In this document: positions 32,545 through 47,497 of the stretch, in pieces
Layout: each line of letters begins with the position of its first letter
Numbering within the stretch: position 1 is the first letter of the stretch
Notes under the pieces: generated by a model
Databases searched by the model: none
What the model saw: only the letters and a program-made list of their open reading frames with translations
Told to the model about the DNA's origin: nothing
Program-made: the position numbers and the translations under genes
Assembly: GCA_963826525.1 (NCBI GenBank)
Contig: CAWGXH010000004.1
Location: 416,001 to 480,000, forward strand
Direction: 5' to 3'
DNA from: an uncultured Methanomicrobiaceae archaeon
GTDB taxonomy: Archaea > Halobacteriota > Methanomicrobia > Methanomicrobiales > Methanoculleaceae
Length of the DNA stretch: 64,000 nucleotides

Positions 32545-33543
32545 TTACCGGATGGCGGGGACCGACGCATCCGTCCCGATGATCTCACTTAAGTAGACGC
32601 CCGACCCGACCCACCAGGTGTCGTTCACGGGGAGGACATACCCGATCTTCAGCTCTTCCCGGTTGTCCTTGTCGGGGTTCGGCCAGACGAAGACGACGTA
32701 CCCGCCACCGGACTGTGCGGTGTCGGCAAGCGCCCGGATCATCTTCATCCCGAACGGTCCCTGCTTCTCGATCAGACTGGAGCCGATCTTCTCCTGCAGG
32801 TAGGGGTGCGCAAGAAGCGTGCCGTTGTAGTCGTAGGCGTAGAGGTAATGCCCTTCCGCATCGACGAACATCCCGGACTGATTCGAGATCTCGGCAAACG
32901 CAGCCGCAGATCCGTTCTCGCGTCCGTAGGCAGCACCGCGCTCGACGAGATCGATCATCGCCGCTACCGCATTCGGGTTCTGACCGGAGCTTTCGCAGGC
33001 CATGTCCGCGAAGTACATGCCTGAGCCGATCCACCAGGTCTCACCGACCGGGGAGACATAGCCGATCTTCGGCACGTAGGTATCCGGCGCCTTCTCATCT
33101 ATCGTTCCGCCCTCCGGTGCCGGGTAGAGGTACGCGATGAACCCGCCGCCGGTCGAAGCGGTATATGCCCCGATCCGGATCACCGGCAGGCCACGGATAT
33201 CCGTCCAGTTCATCCGGTCCGTTCCGACCAGATCGGCCTCATACGGGTGTGCAAGGAGCGTTCCGTTGTCATCGTAGGCGTAGATGTACGTATCGCCATG
33301 CGAGAACTGTCCGTCTTTCTTCGAAAATTCGGCAAGAGCAGCCTGCTCTCCGACCGCCTCCGCATATGCCGAGGCGTTCTGCACGAACCCGGCGAGATCG
33401 TTCGCCGTCGTCACCTGCTGCACGACCACTTGCTGGGTGGCCGTCTGATTCTGCACGGCCTCCTGTGTCCCGACGCAGCCGGCAAAGAGAGCGGCAAAGG
33501 CTACAAGAAAGCAAAGTGCACCGTAAAAAAACCTCTTCTGCAT
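32545..33543 (-). CDS. Lipoprotein with two Cache domains
   Basis: Lipobox FAGC; YIYAYD.NGTLLAHPY and GGGF/Y..Y...P...KIGYV.PV..TWW.GSG.Y each occur twice. Confidence 0.85.
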   Translation of the reverse strand: MQKRFFYGALCFLVAFAALFAGCVGTQEAVQNQTATQQVVVQQVTTANDLAGFVQNASAYAEAVGEQAALAEFSKKDGQFSHGDTYIYAYDDNGTLLAHPYEADLVGTDRMNWTDIRGLPVIRIGAYTASTGGGFIAYLYPAPEGGTIDEKAPDTYVPKIGYVSPVGETWWIGSGMYFADMACESSGQNPNAVAAMIDLVERGAAYGRENGSAAAFAEISNQSGMFVDAEGHYLYAYDYNGTLLAHPYLQEKIGSSLIEKQGPFGMKMIRALADTAQSGGGYVVFVWPNPDKDNREELKIGYVLPVNDTWWVGSGVYLSEIIGTDASVPAIR

Positions 33544-33673
33544 ATCGATTATTTTAGATGGAATAGCTAAAAAAACACACTGAAATATTCTTCCGTCCGA
33601 GCGCCGGCACCGCAGACGGCGCTTCGCATCACAGGGTTTTCAGGGCAATGACGGGAGGGGACGAAACCTCCCA

Positions 33674-35136
33674 TCAGCTGCGTTCGAAGTCGATGAAGCC
33701 TTTGTAGGGATCCGTACCCACCAGGCGGACGCGGACCTTCTGACCCACGCGGAGGCCGGATTCACCCTGCACGACCCGGCCTTCCGCTGGCGGGGAGAGC
33801 AGTCTGACGTAGGTCCCCTTCTCCGAGGCGCCGGTGACAAACGCCTCGAACGACTCGCCGATTCTGTCCCGGAGCAGGACTGCGGCCGCAGCCTTTCGGA
33901 CGAACCGCTCGACCTTCTGGGACGCTTTCTCCCGCTCGGTCAGCCAGGCGGCAAGACCATTGAGTTCCGTAGAGGTGTACGGGCACTCCTCCCCGGTGAG
34001 CGCCGATTTGATCAGCCGCTGGATAACAACGTCGACATACCGCCGGTTCGGGGCGGTTCCGTGGGTGTAGTCGGTGACGGCGAGCGCAAAGTGGCCGATC
34101 GGCACGTTGCCGGGTTTGTAGGCCACGTATTCACCGGGTCCCATCAGTTTCACCACCGTCAGGGAGAGGTCCGGGAAGTGGTCGGGATCGGCGAGCTTCT
34201 GCCGGACGAGGAACCGGGTGAGCGCCAGTGCGTCCGGTTCGGCGGGCAGAACTTCACCGCGTTCCGCTGCCTCAGCAACGATCCCCTCCCAATTCTTCGG
34301 CGTCCTGACGATCCGCTGGATCATGGGGAGACCGGCGTCGCCAAGGAACGCCACGAGGCTCCTGTTGGCTCCGACCATGAACTCCTCTATCAGGCAGCGC
34401 GCCAGGTTCTGCCGCTGGACGACAAGATCGCCGACCCTCCCGTCCACCATGACCGGCTCCGCTTCGATCGTCTCGAGGGCGAGGGCTCCCTGCTCCACCC
34501 GGCGCTTCTTCAGGGATAGCGCGGCCTCGTTCTGCAGGAGCAGCTGCTCTTTGAGCCCCGGGACAGCCGCGACCGTCTGCGGGATTGGCCCTGTCCCCTC
34601 CAGCCAGTCCCCGACCTCCTCGTAGACGAGTTTCGCCTTGTTCGTGACGAGAGCGCGATAGACCTCGCCTGGCCGGGTGCTGCCGTCCGGGAGAACCGCG
34701 TACTCGGTGACGACCGCCATCCGCTCCTGCCCCGGCAGCAGGGAAGTGATGCCCTTCGAGAGCCGGTCGGGCAGCATCGGGAATGTCTCGACGCCGGTGT
34801 AGACCGAGGTTCCGTTCCGGCCGGCATACCGGTCGGTCTCCGAGCCTTTCGGGACGAAGGCGTCGACATCGGCGATGGCGACCCTGACGAGTACCTCCCC
34901 GTCCGCCCCGCGCTTGCAGACCTCCAGCTGGTCGAGGTCCATCGAGTCGTGGTTGTCGATGGATGACCAGAGGAGCGAGCGGAGATCGCGGATCCCCTCT
35001 CCGCCATCCATGAAAACGCCCGCGTCCATGCCGTTCACTTCCCGGATGACCGAACGCGGGACCCGGGAATAAATCCGTACTTCTCCATCGCGGCCCATGC
35101 AATGACTTTCAGGTCGATATTCTGCCGGTTGTTCAT
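33674..35136 (-). CDS. RNB-domain exoribonuclease (RNase II/R family), frameshifted near 35062
   Basis: SIDNHDSMDLDQ, VAIADV, LIEEFM, HFALA..DYTH.TAPNRRY.D, C-terminal S1-like domain. N-terminus MNNRQNIDLK in another frame. Confidence 0.85.
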
Positions 35137-35301
35137 CGTTACGTGAGAGATTCGTTTCAGGCCATAAAATACTGCGGGAACTCCTCCACATCCCGTGGGA
35201 GGTTACATCCCGGTACACGGCTCGAGGTAGGGGTGCCGGGATGAGATCGATCATGCAGGAATTTATCAGGGATCGTACCCTTTCCGGGGCACGGTGATCG
35301 G

Positions 35302-35973
35302 ATGGCAGATCAAACTCAGTACAGCGCGGTCAACCTGCTGGCGGACGCCGGCGCTGACCCGGAGCGATGGAGCCGGATACCGGACGACGCAACGATCGAG
35401 AGGACAATTAAGGCGATTGAATCCTGCAACGTCAGGGTGATACTGGCAGAGACGGGGGAAGGTGCACGGCGAGCGATTCTCGACCTGATACCGGAGGGTG
35501 CCGAGGTGATGAACGGCTACTCGACGACCCTGATCGAGATCGGCTACAACCAGGTGCTCGAAGAGAACCCGAAGGGCTGGCGCGATTATCACGCGGTCAT
35601 CACCGCCGAGAACGACGCGGAGAAGCGGCACGCACTCCGCCGCAAAAGCGTCACTGCCGACTATTTCCTCTCCGGCGTGCAGGCGATCGCCGGGTCGGGC
35701 GAGATCGTCGGGTGCGACAAGACGGGGAGCCGGGTCGGGGCATGGCCTCATGGGGCAGCCCATCTCATTCTCGTCAGCGGGGTGAATAAGATCGTGCCGA
35801 CACTCGACGAGGCGCTCAGGCGCTGCCGGGAGTACGCCCTACCGCTTGAGAACCAGCGTGCACAACGCGCCTACGGCGTCCCGAGCGAGATAGGTAACTA
35901 CGTCATACTCGCACAGCAGGTCGAGGAGGGAAGAGTCACCCTGATCCTGATCCGCGATCGGTTCGGCTATTGA
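35302..35973 (+). CDS. LUD-domain (lactate utilization) protein
   Basis: GYSTTL.EIG, ADYFLSGVQAI, D.TGSRV, GVNKIV. Confidence 0.8.
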   Translation: MADQTQYSAVNLLADAGADPERWSRIPDDATIERTIKAIESCNVRVILAETGEGARRAILDLIPEGAEVMNGYSTTLIEIGYNQVLEENPKGWRDYHAVITAENDAEKRHALRRKSVTADYFLSGVQAIAGSGEIVGCDKTGSRVGAWPHGAAHLILVSGVNKIVPTLDEALRRCREYALPLENQRAQRAYGVPSEIGNYVILAQQVEEGRVTLILIRDRFGY

Positions 35974-36315
35974 TGGCTAGAGGATCGAAGGAGAGACGGC
36001 ATTATCGTGGAGCGATCTCCACCCCCTCCGGCAGTATGGAGAGCGAAGTTACAAGTCCGAGGACAGAATGCCCAACGGGGTTTTCTCAACCATGCACCCG
36101 GGTTTACGTGGGAGGGGCACCTTTCCGGAGTCTGCTTTCACCTGGCCCGGAAGAAGCCGGTTGCTCAGGGTGTAGGGGAAACGCACAAAAGGGTCTGGTT
36201 GTGTAATCCTTTGCGAGGCTTAACGCTCTGTGATGAATAGTTGGAAGCAGAAGTGTGCGGTGTGACTCTGGAAAGAAACGTTGCGAAGAAGTGATTCGTG
36301 TGCTAAGATAGAGGA

Positions 36316-36443
36316 AGGTAATAGCAGCGAATCATGCTTCCCGAGGACTCGCGTACCTCAGTACAACATGATACGTGAGTGGGCTTCACTGCTGGGTTCG
36401 GAATGGGTCCAGGTGTTTCCCCACTGCTATGGCCGCTATTACC
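36316..36443 (-). rRNA. rrf: 5S rRNA
   Basis: Minus strand GGTAATAGCGGCCATAGC...CCCATTCCGAACCC...GCTATTACC with terminal stem. Ends approximate. Confidence 0.95.
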
Positions 36444-36445
36444 AA

Positions 36446-36517
36446 AGCCAAGGCCCGGACTTGAACCGGGGTGTAGCTGATCTGCAGTCAACCGCGTAGC
36501 CGCTCCGCCACCTTGGC
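36446..36517 (-). tRNA. tRNA-Cys(GCA)
   Basis: GCCAAGG/CCTTGGC acceptor stem, anticodon loop CTGCAGA, TTCAAGT T-loop. Confidence 0.97.
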
Positions 36518-36606
36518 AAGCCGTGTGTATTTGGTAGGTTCATGCGTTCATCGGGTATAAACCCTTTGTCTGCTGAACGGTTTGGTGTGCACTCTGGATT
36601 TCGTCT

Positions 36607-39538
<2,932 letters not shown>

Positions 39539-39635
39539 CATTTAACGTCCAGAGTACACACCTATACACGGCTTCGTCAGGTCAAAAGACCTTCAGCCCT
39601 TCCCCGGGGACTCACATTCCCGGGTGCATTGACAG

Positions 39636-39709
39636 TGGACTCAGGGGGATTTGAACCCCCGGCCTCGGCGTTGCAAACGCCGCGCTCTTCCAACTGAGAT
39701 TATGAGCCC
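39636..39709 (-). tRNA. tRNA-Ala(TGC) in the 16S-23S spacer
   Basis: GGGCTCA...TTTGCAA...GTTCAAATC...TGAGTCCA with G3:U70. D-arm start reads ATAATCTCAG instead of ATAGCTCAG. Confidence 0.93.
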
Positions 39710-39714
39710 TAGAT

Positions 39715-41345
<1,631 letters not shown>

Positions 41346-41408
41346 CAACCCGCTCAATGACGGTCACGTTGATTCTCCATCGAAGAGAACTAATATTTGT
41401 TATTGCAG

Positions 41409-42005
41409 TTATTTAAGGCTCTGCATCCTGCGCCCGGAATACTTCCGGGCGCAGGATGCGTGCCTTCATCGTGTGAGGAACAGTATTTGTCGTTCATCGC
41501 ATATAAAGGTTGTGTCTCGCACAACCCTGCATGCGGGGACAAAACCAACTGTTCCCGGCAGCGTTCGACCCGTGTCCCGAGGATCGTTGAGATTCTCGTT
41601 CGCGGCGCGAGCCTGCGCAGGAAACTATGTTGGTTTTGCTCCCATATAAACGTTGTTCCCGCATCAGATCCGAGCAGAACGACTCGGACCCTCATAGTTG
41701 CGTCCCTGATAGCGCCGCGGCCAGACCACCCCGAAGGGCTGCACGACCGGGCTGCATACCAACGCAGCCTCCATATGTTATCGTCGTCACCATAAATACC
41801 TTCCTGCTGATGGCGGATCCAACGGTTCCGGCAACGATATGCCCCGGTGCAGAACACCAGAAGACTGCAGACCCAGAACAGAGAAAACCGCCCGGATACG
41901 CTTCTGATTCGACCGGACGATCCGATCTCCAGGGCAGGCAAACCACCTCACCCCGGTGAGACGATACAACGAAGCATTTTCGAAATCCAGACAAGGCATA
42001 TATAC
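41409..42005 (-). promoter_or_regulatory. Tandem TATA boxes upstream of the rRNA operon
   Basis: Minus-strand CTTAAATAA (41409-17), ACAACCTTTATATG (~41500-13), ACAACGTTTATATG (41643-56), TATTTATG (41791-98), GTATATATG (41997-42005). Confidence 0.6.
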
Positions 42006-42370
42006 TCCGAACGGGCATAGGTACCCCTTTTCAGGCTCCGTTCACACAGCAACCCCTGCACCGGCGTCCCGGAGTATGGCGCAGAGAATACTTCTCCCCA
42101 TCCCGGGACACTCCTCTGTGCGCGCAAAATCATCAAAACAGTCCCGATACACGCCTCCCGACGGCATGCCCGGGGCCGTCACGCGCAACTTTGCTCCGTG
42201 CATCGCGTCGATAAAAATGCATCCGACCCATTGCAGAGCCGGGGGAGAGACCTTCTCCGCAGCATGCACCGGCGCGCGAGTTATCGGAGAGTGGCTCCCC
42301 GAAATCAGGTACCCCACCGCCGCCTCCGGCACCGATCCGCCTGCACGGCAGCATTCAGGGATGCCGGCCT

Positions 42371-43210
42371 CTATCCGATCTCTTTTGTCCACCAGATCGC
42401 CGCCGTCGGCCTGACCGATCGTTCGACGTACTTTCCCGAAGCATCCCGGGCGAGCACCCTGCTGAAGTACTCGACGATCGAGGAGCGGTCTTCCTGATCG
42501 GGGCTATGCATCGCCACCCAGTTTTGGACGGCCTCGTCGACGGAGTCATAGACCACCTCCCAGACGGCATGGTAAATCCGGACGTTCGGGTAGATCCCGG
42601 CGTCGTGGAGAATGTTGACGGGATAGATGTAGTCCGGATACCCTTTCTGCAGCGCCACCTCCTCCCCGAAGACCGCCCGGTACAGCGCCATCTCGTCACG
42701 GCTCCGCCACTCTCCCGCATGCCAGAAGAGGTAGACCGCGCGGGTGGCGGCGGCGTCGAGCTTTTGGAGAGCGGCGGCGAGATCGTAAAACCCGAGCGAG
42801 AATGCCGCGATGACCAGATCGTGCGGCTCGATATCCCTGCCTACCACGACATCCTCCCAGCGCATCCGGACGCAGGAGTAGTTGCTCCGCCCCGCCGCGG
42901 CCATCCGCTCCTCCAGAATAGAAAGCATCCCTCCCGACGGGTCGAGTGCCGTCACATGGGCGGCGGTACGCGCGATCGGCACGGCAAGCCTGCCCGTCCC
43001 CGCACCCACGTCGAGCACGGTGTCAGAGGGCCGCAGATCGAGCACCGCGAGTTCCTGCTCCGTCGCTTCCGTTTCGTCGCGGGTGGCCCGCTGGTAGGCG
43101 GCGGCGCGTTTATCCCAGACGGCAGCAGGGTCGCGGTCCTTCTCGGACCTCCCGGGTGAACTCGCGTGGATCGCCTTCCAGAGCTCGTTCCAGTCGATAA
43201 TCCGGTGCAT
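42371..43210 (-). CDS. Class I SAM-dependent methyltransferase
   Basis: IDWNELW, VLDVGAGTGRLA, ALDPS..ML. Confidence 0.9.
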   Translation of the reverse strand: MHRIIDWNELWKAIHASSPGRSEKDRDPAAVWDKRAAAYQRATRDETEATEQELAVLDLRPSDTVLDVGAGTGRLAVPIARTAAHVTALDPSGGMLSILEERMAAAGRSNYSCVRMRWEDVVVGRDIEPHDLVIAAFSLGFYDLAAALQKLDAAATRAVYLFWHAGEWRSRDEMALYRAVFGEEVALQKGYPDYIYPVNILHDAGIYPNVRIYHAVWEVVYDSVDEAVQNWVAMHSPDQEDRSSIVEYFSRVLARDASGKYVERSVRPTAAIWWTKEIG

Positions 43211-43295
43211 ACCTTTCCTCTCTCCCTGAAATAGTATAAGCGCTTCTCCGACGCCGCAGGGGAGCGATTCCACAAGAGCCATTACCGGGATCTCT

Positions 43296-44507
43296 TCACG
43301 CGTACTCCGAGAGAATGCTTTTTGCCCCAAAAGAGGCAAAAAGACGCCCGATGAAGAGGTCGCTGTACGTCATGCGGAGGAGCGGATACCGGAACGTCAT
43401 CTGCAGCCGTGACGAGGGAACGAACTGGTGCGCGAATCTCCTCGCCTCATCCTGCTTTTTCGTGATGAACGGTTTCAGAAATTGCTCGTATGCCGGGAAG
43501 GCGCGTCGATGATCGCCACTGTACCTCCGGAGCTCCCGTGCGATGACATATGCGCCGGCCATGGCCATATGCGATCCCTGCCCTGCAAGCGGTGTCAGAC
43601 ATCCGCATGCATCCCCAAGAAGCGCGATGCGCCCGGTGTGCCAGGCCGGCATAACGATCTGCGTCATGGCATCGAAGTACGGCGGCTCGGCAGAAGGGAC
43701 TTCCCGCAGCACCTCTTCGGCAATCCACCCCGCCCCTACATACTGTTCGCGCACGAATGCCAGACGCTCGTCGTGGGGGAGACGCCCGACGTCGTCATGC
43801 CGGAAGAAATACATCGCGTCCATGCACCGATCGTCCAGCGGATAGCACCAGAGGACACGGCCCGGCTCTTCATAGATCTTCAGCGCTCGATCGATCGCAT
43901 ACCCGCGGCGCGGGACGTGAAACCCCGCGATGTAGTAGCCGAGAAAGCGGTCGAATTGCGACTCCTGCCCGAAGGCCAGTTCCCTGACCCGTGAGTGCAC
44001 CCCGTCGGCACCGAAGAGCAGCCGGAACGTATCCGACGTTCCGTCGCTGAACGTCACCTGCACCCCGGCATCGGTCTCCTGCACCGACCGGATGGTGGTG
44101 TCAAAAAGCACCGGCACGCCCGCTCCCGAAGCGCGATGAAAGAGAATACGTTCCAGGTCGGAACGGCGCAAATATGCGTATTTCCCCCAAAGAGCCCGGC
44201 GCACGCGTTCGATGGGCACGGCAGGGAACCTGGGGCTGCCGCTTTCATCGACGTACTCCAGATCATCTATCGGGTACTGGACCTCCCGGATCTCGTCGAC
44301 AAGTCCCATCCGTTCGGCTACATCCCACCCGGTTCCGAAGAAATCCATCATGTAGCCTTCGGTTCGCATCGCGGGAGCGCGTTCGATCACGACCGGATCC
44401 CAGCCGTTCTCCTTGAGCAGGATGCCAAGCGTCAGCCCGGCAATGCCGCCTCCCGAGATGAGTACTCTTCCATCATCCGTGCCGTGAACGTCGGACTCCC
44501 GGTTCAT
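43296..44507 (-). CDS. FAD-dependent monooxygenase/oxidoreductase
   Basis: ISGGGIAGL, GADGVHSRVR, ALLGDA...PLAGQG. Confidence 0.9.
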   Translation of the reverse strand: MNRESDVHGTDDGRVLISGGGIAGLTLGILLKENGWDPVVIERAPAMRTEGYMMDFFGTGWDVAERMGLVDEIREVQYPIDDLEYVDESGSPRFPAVPIERVRRALWGKYAYLRRSDLERILFHRASGAGVPVLFDTTIRSVQETDAGVQVTFSDGTSDTFRLLFGADGVHSRVRELAFGQESQFDRFLGYYIAGFHVPRRGYAIDRALKIYEEPGRVLWCYPLDDRCMDAMYFFRHDDVGRLPHDERLAFVREQYVGAGWIAEEVLREVPSAEPPYFDAMTQIVMPAWHTGRIALLGDACGCLTPLAGQGSHMAMAGAYVIARELRRYSGDHRRAFPAYEQFLKPFITKKQDEARRFAHQFVPSSRLQMTFRYPLLRMTYSDLFIGRLFASFGAKSILSEYA

Positions 44508-44701
44508 GTCTCCAGAAGGATCGTTCTCCGATATCAAGGGAATAGATGACGCACCGGAGCAGATGGGGTGATTTCTTGCCCGGCATGACAGGCCGGAAAG
44601 AGCCATATGACGACGTATCGCGTCTGTTTCCGCCCCAACCAGATCGTCATACGAACAATTATATCCCCGACGGTCATCCCTCCCCACAGTGGGGAGATGT
44701 C

Positions 44702-45325
44702 ATGGCAGGAGATCTGACCGGCCTTATGCGCCTATCAAAGGTCGATATTGACCCCGCAGCCGAGGTGCTCGCCCGTTCGTTCGAGCAGGACCCCAAGATG
44801 ACGTACTTCACGTCCGATACCGAAGAGCATCGTGCGCTCGCACGCCACATTCTCGCGTTCGAGCTTGCATACGGGATCCTGTACGGGGAGGTTTACGCAC
44901 CGTCGCCCGCGATGGAGGGCGTGGCGGTCTGGCTTCCCTCGGAGAAGGCCGAGATCTCCTTCTGGAGGGCAGTCCGTGCCGGGGCGTTCTCTCTTCGACG
45001 GCACGTCGGCGGAGACGTCATGAAACGGATCCTTTCATTCTCGGAGTACACCGATGCGCTCCACCGCGAGCATCTGCCGGGCTCGCACTGGTACCTCTTC
45101 TTCATCGGGGTAGACCCGGCCACCAGGGGAAGGGAGTATGCGAGCCGCCTTATCCGGCCGATGCTCGCACGGCTGGATCGGGAGGGGGCATCCTGCTATC
45201 TCGTCACGCAGAACGAGCAGAACGTACCCCTGTACGAGCACTACGGGTTTACCGTGCTCGCCCACAGCACCATTCCCGGCTGCGATGTCGAGCACGTCGA
45301 GATGCTCCGGGAGGCGGGGCGGTGA
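44702..45325 (+). CDS. GNAT N-acetyltransferase
   Basis: HWYLFFIGVDP..RG, NVPLYEHYGF. Confidence 0.85.
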   Translation: MAGDLTGLMRLSKVDIDPAAEVLARSFEQDPKMTYFTSDTEEHRALARHILAFELAYGILYGEVYAPSPAMEGVAVWLPSEKAEISFWRAVRAGAFSLRRHVGGDVMKRILSFSEYTDALHREHLPGSHWYLFFIGVDPATRGREYASRLIRPMLARLDREGASCYLVTQNEQNVPLYEHYGFTVLAHSTIPGCDVEHVEMLREAGR

Positions 45326-45371
45326 GCCGTCCCTCTCTTATACTCCCGGAGCAGACCAGGTACACCTGAAC

Positions 45372-45923
45372 ATGCAGATCGTGACCCCGAGTTCCGTGCT
45401 TCGCGCCTGGACGCCCGACGATGCCGGGTCTCTGGTGCGGCACGCGAACAACCCCCGGATCGCGGCCATGATGCGCGACGCATTTCCGTCCCCGTATACC
45501 TGGGTGGCTGCATGCCGCTTCATCAATGCGGCCACGGATACATCGTCGCACCTCTACCTCGCGATCGACGTCGGCGGCGAGGCGGTGGGCGGCATCGGCA
45601 TCCAGCCGCTGGACGACGTCAGGCGCAGAACGGCCGAGATAGGTTACTGGCTCGCGGAGTCCTTCTGGGGGCGGGGTATCGCCACCGACGCCGTGCGCTC
45701 GATCGTGCCGGTTGCCTTCGCGGCATTCGATATCGTCCGGCTCGAGGCGGGCATCTTCTCAAATAATCCTGCATCGATGCGTGTCCTCGAGAAGTGCGGC
45801 TTTTCCCGCGAAGCGGTTCACCGGAGAGCCATCACGAAGAACGGCGCTGTCCTCGACGAGGTGGTGTACGTGCACTTCGGCGAGAGAGAAACCGGCCCGG
45901 ACTCCTGCCGGCCCGGGTCGTAA
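45372..45923 (+). CDS. GNAT N-acetyltransferase (RimJ/RimL type)
   Basis: AEIGYWL...FWGRGIAT, NPASMRVLEKCGF. Confidence 0.9.
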   Translation: MQIVTPSSVLRAWTPDDAGSLVRHANNPRIAAMMRDAFPSPYTWVAACRFINAATDTSSHLYLAIDVGGEAVGGIGIQPLDDVRRRTAEIGYWLAESFWGRGIATDAVRSIVPVAFAAFDIVRLEAGIFSNNPASMRVLEKCGFSREAVHRRAITKNGAVLDEVVYVHFGERETGPDSCRPGS

Positions 45924-45965
45924 CGGGGGTATCCCCCGGCGTTCTGCTCCCTTTCGGCTCGACCG

Positions 45966-46377
45966 CTACCCTGCGTTCTCATCCGGCTGCATCATGCCGA
46001 AAGTGTTGCCCTCGGTGATCCCTGCAGTACGCCAGCCAGCCGATGCCCTGTACCGCCATCCTGGGGAGGGCGATGCTCCCGCCGGCTTTCTGCACTTTCT
46101 CGACGGACTCGTCCAGGTCGGCAACGCCGAGCGTACAGACATATGCGTTCACGGGTTGTCCCTCGGCAGGTGCCGGACCCCGGCGGAACATGAGACCGCC
46201 GTTGATGCCGCGTTCGGTATCGGGCCCGGTCGTCACCAGCCAGTACCGGTTTTCATCCGCCATCACGACGTCGGGCACGACCCACTCGTGAATCTCCCAG
46301 CCGAACACGTCCCGGTAAAACTTCGCCGCCCGTTCGGGCTCGCCTGCATGTATCTCAAAATGCACTATCCGGTTCAT
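45966..46377 (-). CDS. VOC/glyoxalase family protein, frameshifted near 46017
   Basis: IVHFEI, FY.DVFGW, GINGGL, D-TEGNTFG after frame repair. Confidence 0.85.
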
Positions 46378-46655
46378 CGATTCATCCTCCTCGATTGTGC
46401 CTTTCGGGACCAAACCATTCCCTCCATCCGTTTCGAGAATACACCCCTTCAGGCCCTGCCCCCCGACCATCACGTCCGGAGTTTCCGTGCGGGATCGGGT
46501 TCGGTGGTTGCATGTCGTTTTCCGCCATAATGGTTTTCCGTACCCGGGATTTCGGCGAACGTATCGTGCGGGGGCGTTCGGGACGGAGAAGACCCAAGGT
46601 TCGACCGGGGAGTGCCACGAACTATAATTATGACAGCCACAGAAAGGCGGTCATC

Positions 46656-47204
46656 ATGGATGAAATTCCGTTGTCCAGGGCATACCGCCTCATCGAGCCG
46701 GTCCGGTCGTGCTGGTGACGACCAGGCATCAGGAACGCGCCAACATCATGACGATGAGCTGGCACATGGCGATGGAGTTCGAGCCTCCGCTGATCGGCTG
46801 CATCATCGGCCCCTGGGATTACAGTTTCACGGCATTGCGTGCAACCAGGGAATGCGTGATCGCCATCCCTACGGTCGAGCTTGCAACCCGGGTAGTCGAG
46901 ATCGGCAACTGCTCGGGTCGCGATGTCGACAAGTTCGACGCCTTCGGCCTGACACCGGTGCCGGCCGAAGAAGGTGAAGGCGCCGCTCGTGGCCGAGTGT
47001 CTCGCCAATCTCGAATGCCGGGTGGTGGACACCAGTCTGGTAGACAAGTACGGCCTCTTCATCCTGGAGGTCGTCAAGGCCTGGACCGATCCCGGACACA
47101 CAGAACGCCGGACGATCCATGCCAACGGGGATGGCACCTTCGTGGTCGACGGCGAGACCATCAACCTCAGGAAGAAGATGGTGAAATGGCAGGCCTACCT
47201 GTAA
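46656..47204 (+). CDS. Flavin reductase family protein, frameshifted near 46700 and 46970
   Basis: NIMTMSW, GNCSGRDVDKF, APLVAEC.ANLEC. Confidence 0.85.
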
Positions 47205-47497
47205 CCGATCGCGCCGTCGGAGGCGGCGGCCGGCTGCTGTTCCGGTTCAGCAATACGTAAATACCAGTGATCCTGGCCGAATCTGCCGGAATTTCGACCC
47301 GCACAGAAGCCCGCAGACGGTCGATCCCGGGCGAGGCAGGGTACCATCCCCAGGAATTACTCCTCCCTCATTTCGTCATCGGCGCGATATGCTCCGAGAA
47401 TCGGTTCTGCCAGGATCCGCCCTCTGAAACCAGCGCTAAAACAGAAAAATACTCGCAAAATAGCCTTCTTTCAGGACGGAGAGAGGGGGTGTCCCCC

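Noticed and set aside
35974-36300. SRP RNA or RNase P RNA downstream of 5S
   Set aside because: Neither the SRP helix-8 motif nor the RNase P GAGGAAAGTCC motif is found intact on either strand.
42371-47204. Integron-like cassette array (GNATs, VOC, methyltransferase, reductase)
   Set aside because: Genes are on both strands, and no repeated attC-like sites or integrase are visible.
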